Counted from the stretch's first letter, positions 48,346 through 58,112 are shown. The stretch: DNA of 64,000 nt from an uncultured Acidobacteriota bacterium (GCA_963796275.1 CAWCKY010000002.1:416001-480000), one strand, 5' to 3'. A program made the numbers and translations. The notes: a model not told the origin generated them from the sequence alone.

Positions 48346-49254
48346 TCACTTTTGCGCTCTCAGGAAGATTCCCTGCTCGAGTTCCTCGAACGCCTGCCGG
48401 AGTTGTTCCTGAGTGTTCATGACAATCGGCCCATACCAGGCAACAGGCTCTTGAAGAGGTTTACCGGAAACCAGAAGGAACCGAATTCCATCGTCACCGG
48501 CTTGCACAACTATCTCATCGCCGCTGCCGAATAGTAAGAGCGAGCGGTTCTCTGATTCGGTAGGAGGGGTTGTATCCAACCACCCAACGCCTTCGGTCGG
48601 CACAGCGAGTGGTCCTGAAGCATTGCAGAACTTACCGTTCCCAGCGAAGACATAGGCGAACGCATGGCGCGATGTTTCAACCGGTAGAATCTTTCTCTTT
48701 CCGGGAGGAATGGAAATATCGAGATAGATCGGATCCGCGGCGATCCCGTTCACCGGTCCGGTCGCTCCCCAAAAGTTCCCGCAGACGATGCGGGCGCTGG
48801 TTCCGTCATCATCCGTAACAACAGGGATGTCATGCGCCTTCACATCCTGGTAGCGAGGCGCGGTCATTTTGAGCGATGAGGGGAGGTTCGCCCATAATTG
48901 GAATCCGTGCATCCTGCCGGCCTGGTCTCCCTTCGGCATCTCCTGGTGGATGATCCCGCTCCCCGCCGTCATCCATTGTACGTCCCCTGCGGCTATCGAT
49001 CCGCGATTTCCCAAACTATCCCCGTGGTCGACAGTCCCCGCCAGGACATAAGTGATTGTCTCTATCCCCCGATGAGGATGCCAGGGGAAGCCGGCCAGGT
49101 AATCCTCCGGTATATCGTTGCGAAAGTCATCGAGTAACAGGAACGGATCGAACTCAGACGTGTTGCCGAACCCAAATGCGCGGCGCAAATGTACGCCCGC
49201 GCCTTCGATGGTCGGCTTGGACTTGCTAAGCCGTTTAATGGGTCGAATGGACAT
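48346..49254 (-). CDS. Pirin family protein
   Basis: 'DPFLLLDDF', 'GFPWHPHRGIETITY', 'QWMTAGSGIIHQE', 'GFQLWANLP', 'GPIVMNT'. Confidence 0.95.
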   Translation of the reverse strand: MSIRPIKRLSKSKPTIEGAGVHLRRAFGFGNTSEFDPFLLLDDFRNDIPEDYLAGFPWHPHRGIETITYVLAGTVDHGDSLGNRGSIAAGDVQWMTAGSGIIHQEMPKGDQAGRMHGFQLWANLPSSLKMTAPRYQDVKAHDIPVVTDDDGTSARIVCGNFWGATGPVNGIAADPIYLDISIPPGKRKILPVETSRHAFAYVFAGNGKFCNASGPLAVPTEGVGWLDTTPPTESENRSLLLFGSGDEIVVQAGDDGIRFLLVSGKPLQEPVAWYGPIVMNTQEQLRQAFEELEQGIFLRAQK

Positions 49255-49653
49255 GTGGCCTTCTTCTCCTGCGATCAATACATATCGTTGAAAGCTGATT
49301 ATTGTATTTTGCCGAGCAGCGCTCTTGATTTTAGCCCGGCCCTTAACTCTTGTCATGTCACCCAGACTGGGCTGTCCGAGTACTCAACGTTTGTTCACAG
49401 ATTAAACAACACCAGCTTCTTGACGGGGGACAGTTCGATTCCTCTCTTCAAATACTCTGGAATAATGAACCCTTCATCAACGTTATACGAATCGAAGCAG
49501 CGAGGTGCTCCGGAGAAGGCCGGATGTTTATCGGCCTCAAGCTCCGGGGCGACCTGTGGGGAGGAAATTTGCGTAGTCCTGACAGGTGTTATGTGGCCGG
49601 AGCGCGCCTCCGCCGCTTACTTCCGAGACAATCGATTCCGGTAAACCACTTAC

Positions 49654-50394
49654 TCAAAACCGGAAGGTCACTCCGATCTGAACAGAAATGATGTCCGTTC
49701 TCGAAGAGAAGACGTCATATATGACTTGCCCGTTCTCCTCGCGGATAGAGCCTTTCTTTAAGTACTCGCCTCGAGACCCTCTTAAATAACGAACATTTCC
49801 GTCCAACAGGATTGCTCGCTCGCCTTTCTGTGATAGGGGAATCTGTACACCGCCTCCGAATCCATAACTGAACGTCGTGTCGCTCAAATCGGTGGTGCTG
49901 GCGATCTCCATACCATCAGCATCGTTTGAGATCGAGGTTCTGGTAAACAGATGTTTCAACCCAATCAGTCCGTCGGCGTAAGGGCGGATCGAGCCGGTTC
50001 GGGGTTGGATCCGCAACACGGAATGTGCGAGGAGTATGTTGTTGCTGGTGCGAACTCTGACCTCCACGTTGGGAATGGTGGTACTGAACGGCTCAAAGCG
50101 GGTATCGGAACCGTATATAACAACTCCGGCATCACCACCCACCAGAAAAGGGCTGGGACCAAGTCGTACGAGAAATTGACCGCCACCGCCATATCCATTA
50201 TTGGTGATGTTCTCCTTTAACTCGCCGCGCGGGATGACGGTCGTAAAATAAACACCGGCCTGATACTCTTGCCCACTTACGGTTGTTGCCCCGCCCATCC
50301 ATATAGTCAGAAGGATGATAGAAGCCGTCACGACTAGATTGTCGGCGGTTACATGGAGTCTGGTGGTTTTATAGCGATTCTGAAAATGTACCAT
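49654..50394 (-). CDS. Outer-membrane beta-barrel protein
   Basis: Signal-like N-terminus; amphipathic strands 'IRPYADGLIG', 'FSYGFGGGVQI'; C-terminal 'IGVTFRF'. Confidence 0.7.
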   Translation of the reverse strand: MVHFQNRYKTTRLHVTADNLVVTASIILLTIWMGGATTVSGQEYQAGVYFTTVIPRGELKENITNNGYGGGGQFLVRLGPSPFLVGGDAGVVIYGSDTRFEPFSTTIPNVEVRVRTSNNILLAHSVLRIQPRTGSIRPYADGLIGLKHLFTRTSISNDADGMEIASTTDLSDTTFSYGFGGGVQIPLSQKGERAILLDGNVRYLRGSRGEYLKKGSIREENGQVIYDVFSSRTDIISVQIGVTFRF

Positions 50395-50486
50395 TTCCCC
50401 TCCTACTAGTGTAATGAAAACGGCATCATTCTATTCAGTCTCGCATGCCTTTCATGACAGCTTCGAACAGACAGGCTCGCGCATAT

Positions 50487-51235
50487 TCATTCCGCCACGC
50501 TTGTTGCAACGGGTTCTTCTTTGCGCCTTCCAGACAGTAGTTTCTTAGATAAGAGCCCGAGCAGAGGAATCGCAATTATCAGTAGTTTCCAGCTTTTGGC
50601 GAGTAATACCAACAGCAGTTTAAACAGCCCGGCCTTGGCAGCGACTTTGCCGGCGATCAAGGCGCCGATGCCGTATGCAGCAACCTTATCCGCGCCCCCT
50701 ACATAATCGCCGTAACGGTGACCTTCGTTGAATTCGACGAAGGCGAGCACCTGCTGCATATCTTTCTCGACCATTTGCAACTGGCCCATCGATGCGACGG
50801 CATTTAGCGAAAGCACTCCGCGGCGACCCAGCGCACGGATGTCGTAGTTCAATGTGTGCTCAGGGTCTCCGCCAAAGCTCAGTTCCCTTGCCCAGAAAAG
50901 CTTGTGGGAATCCTTGTCGTAACGCGGGGGCGCCGCCCATCCGATCAACTCGACACTGTCATAGCCCTGCTTGGTCCTCTCCTCATTAGCCTCCCAGCTA
51001 CACCGTCCTTGAGCTTGATTTCACCTGTCTGAAACTTCAGCCTTGATACTGTCTCCTCCCGTTTCTTGAATTCCTTGAGCAGCATCTCCGCCTGCTCCGG
51101 GGACAATTGATCTGTTTCGCTCGCCGGATCTTTACCGGATTTCTCCTCTTTCTTTTGCGCGCATACGAAAAGTGGCTGCGGGAGCGTCAAAAGGACCGCG
51201 ACCGTAAAGATCAGACATACGAGGATGTTTTTCAT
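50487..51235 (-). pseudogene. DUF2167 family membrane protein broken by an internal deletion and frameshift
   Basis: 5' part ends 'LKFQTGEIKLKDGVA'. The sequence continues in another frame as 'EANEERTKQGYDSVELIGWAAPPRYD..LNYDIRALGRRGVLSLNAV..DKVAAYGIGALIAG'. Junction at ~50995. Confidence 0.82.
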
Positions 51236-51411
51236 ATAGGTTCTCCGATTTGATGAGGATGACTGAGTCCTCCCGTCCTATTTGGTTGAAGAGATAAATC
51301 GACCAGACCCGTGTGGATCAACGAGTCCATTTCTAGGGATGGCGTGCGTAAGATACACTAATTGGAGGGAAGCCTGTCAATATAACTTTAGGCTTTTTTC
51401 AGATTTTCACA

Positions 51412-52143
51412 TCAATAACCGAGTTCGGCCCCAGGGCTTTGATCTGTAGATGATTCGTGCGACAAGCCCAGACGGCGTTTTGCTTCTTCGAGCATGGAGA
51501 CGGTGGCTGTTGCGCCTATTCTGGTTACACCGAGCGCGCGAACTTCGAGCAGACGATCGAACGTGCGCACACCTCCGGCTGCCTTTATCTGCACATTCGG
51601 AGGCGAATGTTTCCGCATCAAAATCAGGTCTGCGTCAGTCGCGCCACTGGGAGCATAACCTGTCGAGGTCTTCACCCAGTCGGCATTCAATTCCCCGCAG
51701 ATATGGCAGAGCCTGATCTTTTGATCGTCGTCGAGATATGCGTTCTCAAAAATTACTTTGACCTTCCGGTCGTGCGCGTGCGCCACCTCGATGACGGCTC
51801 TGATATCCGCCTGAACATTCTCCCAGTCGCCGCTGAGGACGCGGCTGATGTTGACGACCATATCGAGTTCCTCGCCGCCATCCTCCAGAGCCTGGATCGC
51901 CTCAGCGACTTTTATGCTCGTCATATGGCCGCCGTGCGGAAAGCCAATGGTAGTGCTCGCTTTGACATTACTATCCGCAAGCTGTTCGGCGACCCATTTG
52001 AGCGAATAAGGCATGATACAGACGCTCGCTACGTCGTAAGCGAGCGCAATCCGTACTCCCTGCTGTAAGTCCGCCAGCGTCAGCGATGGGTTGAGCAACG
52101 AATGATCAATCATCTTGGCGACACTCTGATAGGTATATTCCAT
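51412..52143 (-). CDS. deoC: Deoxyribose-phosphate aldolase
   Basis: 'IDHSLL.P', 'ASVCI.P', 'IGFPHG', 'ELDMVVN', 'KVIFEN', 'WVKTSTG', 'IKAAGGVR', 'GVTRIG'. Confidence 0.93.
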   Translation of the reverse strand: MEYTYQSVAKMIDHSLLNPSLTLADLQQGVRIALAYDVASVCIMPYSLKWVAEQLADSNVKASTTIGFPHGGHMTSIKVAEAIQALEDGGEELDMVVNISRVLSGDWENVQADIRAVIEVAHAHDRKVKVIFENAYLDDDQKIRLCHICGELNADWVKTSTGYAPSGATDADLILMRKHSPPNVQIKAAGGVRTFDRLLEVRALGVTRIGATATVSMLEEAKRRLGLSHESSTDQSPGAELGY

Positions 52144-52165
52144 AATATTAATGGGAAGCTTATCT

Positions 52166-55100
52166 CTATTGCCGCCGGCCGTCCAGGTTCGCCCATTCTC
52201 CGGAGTGAATGAATGCCGCCCAGTAAAACGGATGCTGATGCTCCTTGGGCCCGCGAAGCATCTTCAGTTGTACTTGCCTCAATCCCTCGCTTCGCCCTTC
52301 TCCATTTGTGAGGGCTTTGTAGTAGGGAATCATTAAATCTTTGGTCACTTCGTCTGAGACGGGCCAGAGGCTCATCACCTGGCTCTGTGATCCAGCCAGG
52401 ACAAATGCGCGACGCAGCCCCTGCACTCCTTCACCATTCTTCACATCTCCCACACCTGTGTCGCAGGCCGAAAGGACTACCAGTTTGGTACCCGATAAAT
52501 ACAGATAAGCCGCCTCCAGCGCAGTCAACACGCCGTCATCATCTCCTCGCTTTTCGAAATTTGCTCCCGCCAGCGCGAGGCCTGAGCGCAACAATGGATC
52601 TTTGACCCTGGCGAGAGACATTCCGATCCGCAGCTGGGAATCGGGCGCGGTGTAGAGTGCGACGAAGTATTCGCTGGCGAGACCCCTCTCCTGCAGATCG
52701 GCGCCATACTTCTGGGCATCGGCCTGAGTCGGAAAATTTCCGCTCCGTACTCGGAAGAAAATCCTTTTGCCACTCGCCCTCTTTTTTAGAATGTATCCAT
52801 CTACCCCATGAGACCTGAGCCGTTCCACGGCCTCTTGCGCGGTTTCGAGAGCGGGAGTCGCCTCAAGCTGAACTGTGTAACTTTCACCTGTTGCAGCGAT
52901 AAATCCTGATGAACCAGCGTTCTGCGCTTGATTTCCCCCAGATGATGGCTCCTGTTTATTGATGAAGAAACCGTGCGTTGCGATGTGAAGAATTTGCGGC
53001 CCCCTGGTCTGTTTCAACGCCGTCTCTGTTGCGTCATCTCCCTGGAGCACCGATGCGTTAGGGAGCAAGGCTTTGATCGCGAGCGCTTCATCTTCCGTGC
53101 TCGGCAGAGGTTGGAAGAAGAACTGAGACGGACCATCCTGTGATTTCGATCGGTTGCTTCCGCGCGTTTTTCCCTGATCTCTACGTAAGGCGATGGTGGC
53201 GAAGCTGCCGAAGTCAGGATTGGCCACCACCAACGGAGCGTCCTTGCTCGGCTCGGGTGATTGGAGACGCAGCAGGTCACGTCCGCTGGTCAGGTAGCTG
53301 AGAGAGTAGCGCTCGATCAGATATCGATTCTGCTCATCGACCAGGGCGGCAAAAGGGATGAGGTTTAATGCCCCGTCGGGGGAAATCAGCAAATGACGCG
53401 TATCGTTTAGCACTTCACTGATGACCGCCCGCACGGGTCGCATCAATTTCTCATCAACGGCGCGCGCGAGCCGGTTGACGTCGGTCCGGCTCGAATCGCG
53501 CAGCGCATTGCGCCATTCCTCCATTGCCTGATCAATCGGCGCGGCTTCGCCAAGATCTACCCACTTCGGCTCAACTTGAGATGCGAGCACATATGCGATG
53601 TAGTGCGGTTCTCTGCTCTTCCCGGTCTTCGGATCAGACGGCGTGAAGTAGGCGAACTCGACCAGTGAGGTGCTCGTGGGAAGAGCGGCTTGAACGGCGG
53701 CGAGTGTGACCGGCTGAACTTGATTGCGAAACTCGATGCTGCGAGCACTGAGCTTCCCTTCTAAATCATCGACCTCGACTTCGAGTTTTTTCACCCGCGT
53801 CAGATAGGTATCCGGCTTAACCGCATCGGGCACGTTGAGTTTGAGCATTGCCAATTGCGAGCGAGCCGTTATGAGTCTATTGAAGAGCGCTTGAACCTGG
53901 GGGCTAGCGTGCCGGCGCAACGTGGCTATCGTATCGGCCATCGCATCGAGGCCGCGCCCTTTTCGGCATAAGAGAGTCGTTAAAGCCAGATTGAGCGCCC
54001 GCGAATCGTCAGGCGCTGCCTGGCTTTGAAGAGAGAGCGTGAAATCGATCCTTTCCGAAAACTTAGAGACATAAAGCAGTTTCTGGCGTTCGGAGCCGAT
54101 AGCGATAGTGCCGGTGAAGTTCCGTTCTTCTACGGCATTGGAGCGTGAGAGAAAAGAAATAGCCTGCGCGTATTCACCTTTTGCCAACTGCAGCCGGGCG
54201 AGGTCAGCGAGAGATTCAGCGAAATCTTTGTGTTCACTTCCAAGAACTTTTTCCCTGATGCTCAGTGCGCGCGCGAAGAGCGGCTCGGCCTTGGCGAACT
54301 CGCCTCTCACTCGATAGAGGTTGGCAAGATTGTTGAGACTTTGTGCCACTCCCGGATGCTCCGGACCCACCGATCTCTCCCCGATCGCCAGCGCCCGTTG
54401 ATGGAGCGGTTCCGCCTTGGCATATTCGCCTCTATCGCTGTAAAACCTGCCGAGGTTGTCGAGAGTGAGGGCGACAAAGGGATGCTCGGGACCCAGCACC
54501 TTCTCCCTGATTGCCAATGCACGCAGATAAAGCGGCTCTGCCTTAACGTATTCGAGTCTGTCCTTATAGAGATCAGCGAGATTTTCGAGAGGGCGGGCGA
54601 CATCCGGATGTTCTGGCCCCAGAGCTTTCTCCCTGATGGCCACTGCGCGCCTGTAGAGCGGCTCCGCCTTTTCGTAATCACCTCTATTGTAATAGATATT
54701 TGCAAGATTGATCAGTGAAGAAACGGCCTGAGGATGCTCCGGTCCCCATACTTTCAGATCGATGGTCAGTGCGCGTTGAAGCCGCGACTCTGCCTTTGCA
54801 TAGTCATTTGTCGCGCTATAAAGAGCGGCCAGGTTGCTGAGGGCGATAGAAACATTGGGGTGTTCGGCCCCCAGCGCTTTCTCCCAGGTGGTTTGCGCAC
54901 GTTGAAAGAGAGGCTCCGCTTTATCGAACTCGCATCTCTCAAAATAGAGTTTGCCAAAACTGGTAAGAACGGCGGCGACATCCGGATGCTCAGCTCCCAG
55001 CGCTTTCTCATTGATTGTTACTGCACGTTTATACAACTCTTCGGCCTTCGCGAACTCGCCTTTCTCGTTGTAGAGATAGGCAAGGTTGTTGAGGGTGGAG

Positions 55101-55879
55101 GCAACATCCGGGTGTTCCGGCCCTAAGACTTTCTCTCTAATCTTCAAAGCGCGTTGATAGCCTTCCTCCGACTTTTCGAAATCACCCTTGAGATTGAAAA
55201 GGTTCGATAGATTGTTAACTGCAAGAGCTACGTCTGGATGATCCGGTCCTAACGTCTTTTCACGAATCTCCAGTACTCGTTCACCTAATGGGCGCGCTTC
55301 ATCATACCTGCCTTCACGATAAAGTCTGAGAAACTCTGTATTTTGCTTCATCGCTTCGTGCAAGGCGCGGTCTCCATCCGTGGCGACGCCCAACTCCACC
55401 ACTCGAATCCGATATCGGCCGCCCGCCGCATTGCTATATTTTGCCTTTAGACCCAGTCGGTAGCTGCCCTCCTGTTCCGCTACCCAGGATGCGGTCTCCT
55501 CTCCCTCTTTCCTGCGCTCAGAATCAAATTCCGCGATCTGCTTTTTATCGGGCCCGATCAGTTTTAAACCCACGTCGATGCCTCGTTGATCCACAACTAC
55601 CTTAATATATTGATCGGCGGCGAGAGTTATCTCATAGGTATGTGTTTGTCCCCCGGCCAACTCTCGTTCAATCGGTTTGCCCTGTTTGAGTTGTCGAACT
55701 TGCGGATCTTCCTGCGTTACAGTGGCAGGAGAATTGTAGGGCTCAACTCCTTTCTCTGTGGAAAATGTATCCGGAGAACCCTGAATTCGGAAAAGTAGCA
55801 GGCTGATTGTGAACGCGAGTCCGCCGTTGACGAGTCTCAAGCGAAAAGTCGTCCTGGTTGAGGTAGGTGGGAGAACCAT
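52166..55879 (-). CDS. TPR-CHAT (caspase-like cysteine protease) with N-terminal hydrophobic segment, PPC-like domain, nine 42-aa TPR repeats and an internal SPOR domain
   Basis: GGAGG RBS; 'GKPIERELAGGQTHTY' beta domain; 9x 'LG(P/A)EHPxVA'; CHAT 'SPDGALNLIPFAAL', 'YLTSGRDL', 'HIATHGFF', 'LVVLSACDTG', 'SLWPVSD', 'HPFYWAAF'. Confidence 0.92.
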   Translation of the reverse strand: MVLPPTSTRTTFRLRLVNGGLAFTISLLLFRIQGSPDTFSTEKGVEPYNSPATVTQEDPQVRQLKQGKPIERELAGGQTHTYEITLAADQYIKVVVDQRGIDVGLKLIGPDKKQIAEFDSERRKEGEETASWVAEQEGSYRLGLKAKYSNAAGGRYRIRVVELGVATDGDRALHEAMKQNTEFLRLYREGRYDEARPLGERVLEIREKTLGPDHPDVALAVNNLSNLFNLKGDFEKSEEGYQRALKIREKVLGPEHPDVASTLNNLAYLYNEKGEFAKAEELYKRAVTINEKALGAEHPDVAAVLTSFGKLYFERCEFDKAEPLFQRAQTTWEKALGAEHPNVSIALSNLAALYSATNDYAKAESRLQRALTIDLKVWGPEHPQAVSSLINLANIYYNRGDYEKAEPLYRRAVAIREKALGPEHPDVARPLENLADLYKDRLEYVKAEPLYLRALAIREKVLGPEHPFVALTLDNLGRFYSDRGEYAKAEPLHQRALAIGERSVGPEHPGVAQSLNNLANLYRVRGEFAKAEPLFARALSIREKVLGSEHKDFAESLADLARLQLAKGEYAQAISFLSRSNAVEERNFTGTIAIGSERQKLLYVSKFSERIDFTLSLQSQAAPDDSRALNLALTTLLCRKGRGLDAMADTIATLRRHASPQVQALFNRLITARSQLAMLKLNVPDAVKPDTYLTRVKKLEVEVDDLEGKLSARSIEFRNQVQPVTLAAVQAALPTSTSLVEFAYFTPSDPKTGKSREPHYIAYVLASQVEPKWVDLGEAAPIDQAMEEWRNALRDSSRTDVNRLARAVDEKLMRPVRAVISEVLNDTRHLLISPDGALNLIPFAALVDEQNRYLIERYSLSYLTSGRDLLRLQSPEPSKDAPLVVANPDFGSFATIALRRDQGKTRGSNRSKSQDGPSQFFFQPLPSTEDEALAIKALLPNASVLQGDDATETALKQTRGPQILHIATHGFFINKQEPSSGGNQAQNAGSSGFIAATGESYTVQLEATPALETAQEAVERLRSHGVDGYILKKRASGKRIFFRVRSGNFPTQADAQKYGADLQERGLASEYFVALYTAPDSQLRIGMSLARVKDPLLRSGLALAGANFEKRGDDDGVLTALEAAYLYLSGTKLVVLSACDTGVGDVKNGEGVQGLRRAFVLAGSQSQVMSLWPVSDEVTKDLMIPYYKALTNGEGRSEGLRQVQLKMLRGPKEHQHPFYWAAFIHSGEWANLDGRRQ

Positions 55880-56411
55880 GCCAATGCCTCCTTTAGCGGT
55901 AAATTTGAGTTTTTGCTAACTGGGGCACGTATCTACTTGGGAGAGTTCGATTTGGGAGGCTGAGAGATGGAAACTGAAAAACACTCCGCTCTTAACTATT
56001 TAACTCAATTGTTTTCAGCCTTTTGATTATCCTCCCTTTAACAAGTGACAAATTTGTTGAGCACGTATCGGCGAATCGTACGTCTACCTGAATTAGGTTC
56101 GAACAGATCAGTAATATTTTCTAACTCTCGGGATTTCAGATGGCGGCACTGCGAAAAAGGAGTTTCGAAAATTCGCCACATTGATAGCAAAATTGAAACG
56201 CGAATTATCGCGAATTATTTGGTATAGAACTTGTTAGGTGATGTTCGGTTTCTTCCAACCCCCTCCAATAGCGGTATGTGAGGTTCATCAATCGGCCGCA
56301 CGTATCTCTCGTATACCCAAAACCTATATCAATAGATAGGTGCGAGATTGGCTCGCTCGAGAAGAAGTCTGTTCATTTCAACACTCAATTTAACTAGGTA
56401 GGAGGACCGCA

Positions 56412-58112
56412 ATGAAAAACCAGTGCCCTGAGAAAAGTTCATCAGACCAACCCGATAGTAAGCGCGAAATTGAATCACCCGGTCGTCGTCAGTTTCTATC
56501 GGCTGCCGGAGGGTTCACAGCGGCAACATTTGCAACCGGTGAGGTGGGGTTGTCATCGCTGACCGGAGCTACCGACAGGGTAGCGGAACCACCACCTCAG
56601 TCGACACCGACGCCTTTACAGATGCGCCGTGCGCGTGCTTTGGAAATACGAAACAAGGCAGCCAACTTTCAATTAAGCCAGGACTTTCCGGTCCCTCAAA
56701 ATAATGGAGACGAGGATAGATTCCCGCTCGGATTGGCGAGTTTTAGCAAGGCGCTACCTCATAATAAATTAGGCGAAGTCGATCAAGCCGCGTATAGGAA
56801 GCTATTACAGGCTGTCAACAGTGGTCGGGCATCGGATTTTGCTCAGATCCCGCTTGCTGGAACTACCAGACTCGCCAACCCGCAGTGCGCATTCGCCTTC
56901 GAAATGGAGGGGGCAGACCCACACTCTCTTACCGTCGAGGCGCCTCCAAGCTTTACGTCCGAAGAGTTCGCAGGAGAAATGGTCGAATGCTATTGGCTCG
57001 CATTGACGCGCGATATCCCATTTTCACAGTATGGCAATGAGCCCCTGACCGCAGCAGCGATCGATGATCTGAGGCGGTTCCCGGAATTTGCGAATGTCAA
57101 TCCCGGAAATCTGTTCCGCGCCGATATCCCGGGCGTTCAAACCGGCCCGTATCTCTCGCAATTCCTGCTTCAGCCCTACACCTTCGGTTCCACCATTATG
57201 GAGCAGCGTTACCGCACATCTCTCAAGGGGGTCGACCATGTGACCTCCTATCAAACCTGGCTCGATATACAGAACGGTATTGCTTCGGGATCCGATGTCT
57301 TAGATGATACTCTGAGTTACATTCGTGACGGTCGCGTCCTGGGGGAATGGGTACATCGCAACTTCCCGTATCAGGCTGCCCTCATCGCGGCGCTCATCCT
57401 ATTGGGTTATGGCAATGATGCGCTCGACGACGCCAATCCATACAAGAGTCCTACGAATCAATTGGGATTTGCCACTTTCGGCGCACCTCATCTCCTTGAC
57501 CTCATCGCACGCGTTTCAAATCACGCGCTTAAAGCGGCGTATTATCAGAAATGGGCGGTTCATCGCCGCATCCGCCCCGAAGAGTTCGCAGGGCGTATCC
57601 ATAACCATATGACAGGCGCAGCTCAATATGAGCTCAACTCGAAACTGCTCGACTCGGCGGCGCTCTCATCTCTATTCAGCAAAAACGGAACTTACCTATG
57701 CCCGCAAGCTTTTCCCGAAGGCTGCCCGACGCACCCATCTTATCCCGGTGGTAATGCGACGTTCACGGCCGCCGGCGTAACCATGCTCAAAGCCTTCTTC
57801 AACGAAAACTTCGTGATCCCGAACCCGGTCGTCCCGAGCGAAGATGGATTGTCGTTGCTTCCGTGGACGGGTGATCCTCTGACTGTCGGCAATGAATTGA
57901 ACAAGCTGGTTTTTAATGCCGCTTTCGGTCGAAATACAGCGGGAGTACATTATAGGAGAGACGAAGTTCGCGGAATCTTGCTCGGCGAGACATCGGCTAT
58001 CAGCGTGGCGACCGATTTCAACGCGACATACAACGAAAGTTATCCCGGATTCAGCCTGACGACATTTGATGGAACTCCCACAACTCTGAGCACAAATCCA
58101 GTCCTTCTGTGA
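56412..58112 (+). CDS. Tat-exported vanadium-dependent bromoperoxidase-like protein (algal/cyanobacterial VBPO type)
   Basis: AGGAGG RBS; 'GRRQFL'; 'FSKALPHN..GEVD', 'GPYLSQFL', 'KAAYYQKW.VHRRIRPE', 'EGCPTHPSYPGGNA', 'GRNTAGVHYRRD'. Confidence 0.88.
   Translation: MKNQCPEKSSSDQPDSKREIESPGRRQFLSAAGGFTAATFATGEVGLSSLTGATDRVAEPPPQSTPTPLQMRRARALEIRNKAANFQLSQDFPVPQNNGDEDRFPLGLASFSKALPHNKLGEVDQAAYRKLLQAVNSGRASDFAQIPLAGTTRLANPQCAFAFEMEGADPHSLTVEAPPSFTSEEFAGEMVECYWLALTRDIPFSQYGNEPLTAAAIDDLRRFPEFANVNPGNLFRADIPGVQTGPYLSQFLLQPYTFGSTIMEQRYRTSLKGVDHVTSYQTWLDIQNGIASGSDVLDDTLSYIRDGRVLGEWVHRNFPYQAALIAALILLGYGNDALDDANPYKSPTNQLGFATFGAPHLLDLIARVSNHALKAAYYQKWAVHRRIRPEEFAGRIHNHMTGAAQYELNSKLLDSAALSSLFSKNGTYLCPQAFPEGCPTHPSYPGGNATFTAAGVTMLKAFFNENFVIPNPVVPSEDGLSLLPWTGDPLTVGNELNKLVFNAAFGRNTAGVHYRRDEVRGILLGETSAISVATDFNATYNESYPGFSLTTFDGTPTTLSTNPVLL

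Noticed and set aside
49189-49691. ORFs 49189-49644 and 49350-49691
   Set aside because: They overlap the pirin 5' region or converge into the OMP gene end, and have no motifs.
54200-55330. 126-bp periodic DNA repeats as a possible CRISPR array or repeat element
   Set aside because: They are degenerate in-frame 42-aa TPR codons; there is no constant repeat/unique spacer structure.
52166-55879. TPR-CHAT as part of a type III-E CRISPR (Craspase) system
   Set aside because: No cas genes or array are in the window, and the protein looks exported with kinesin-light-chain-type TPRs.
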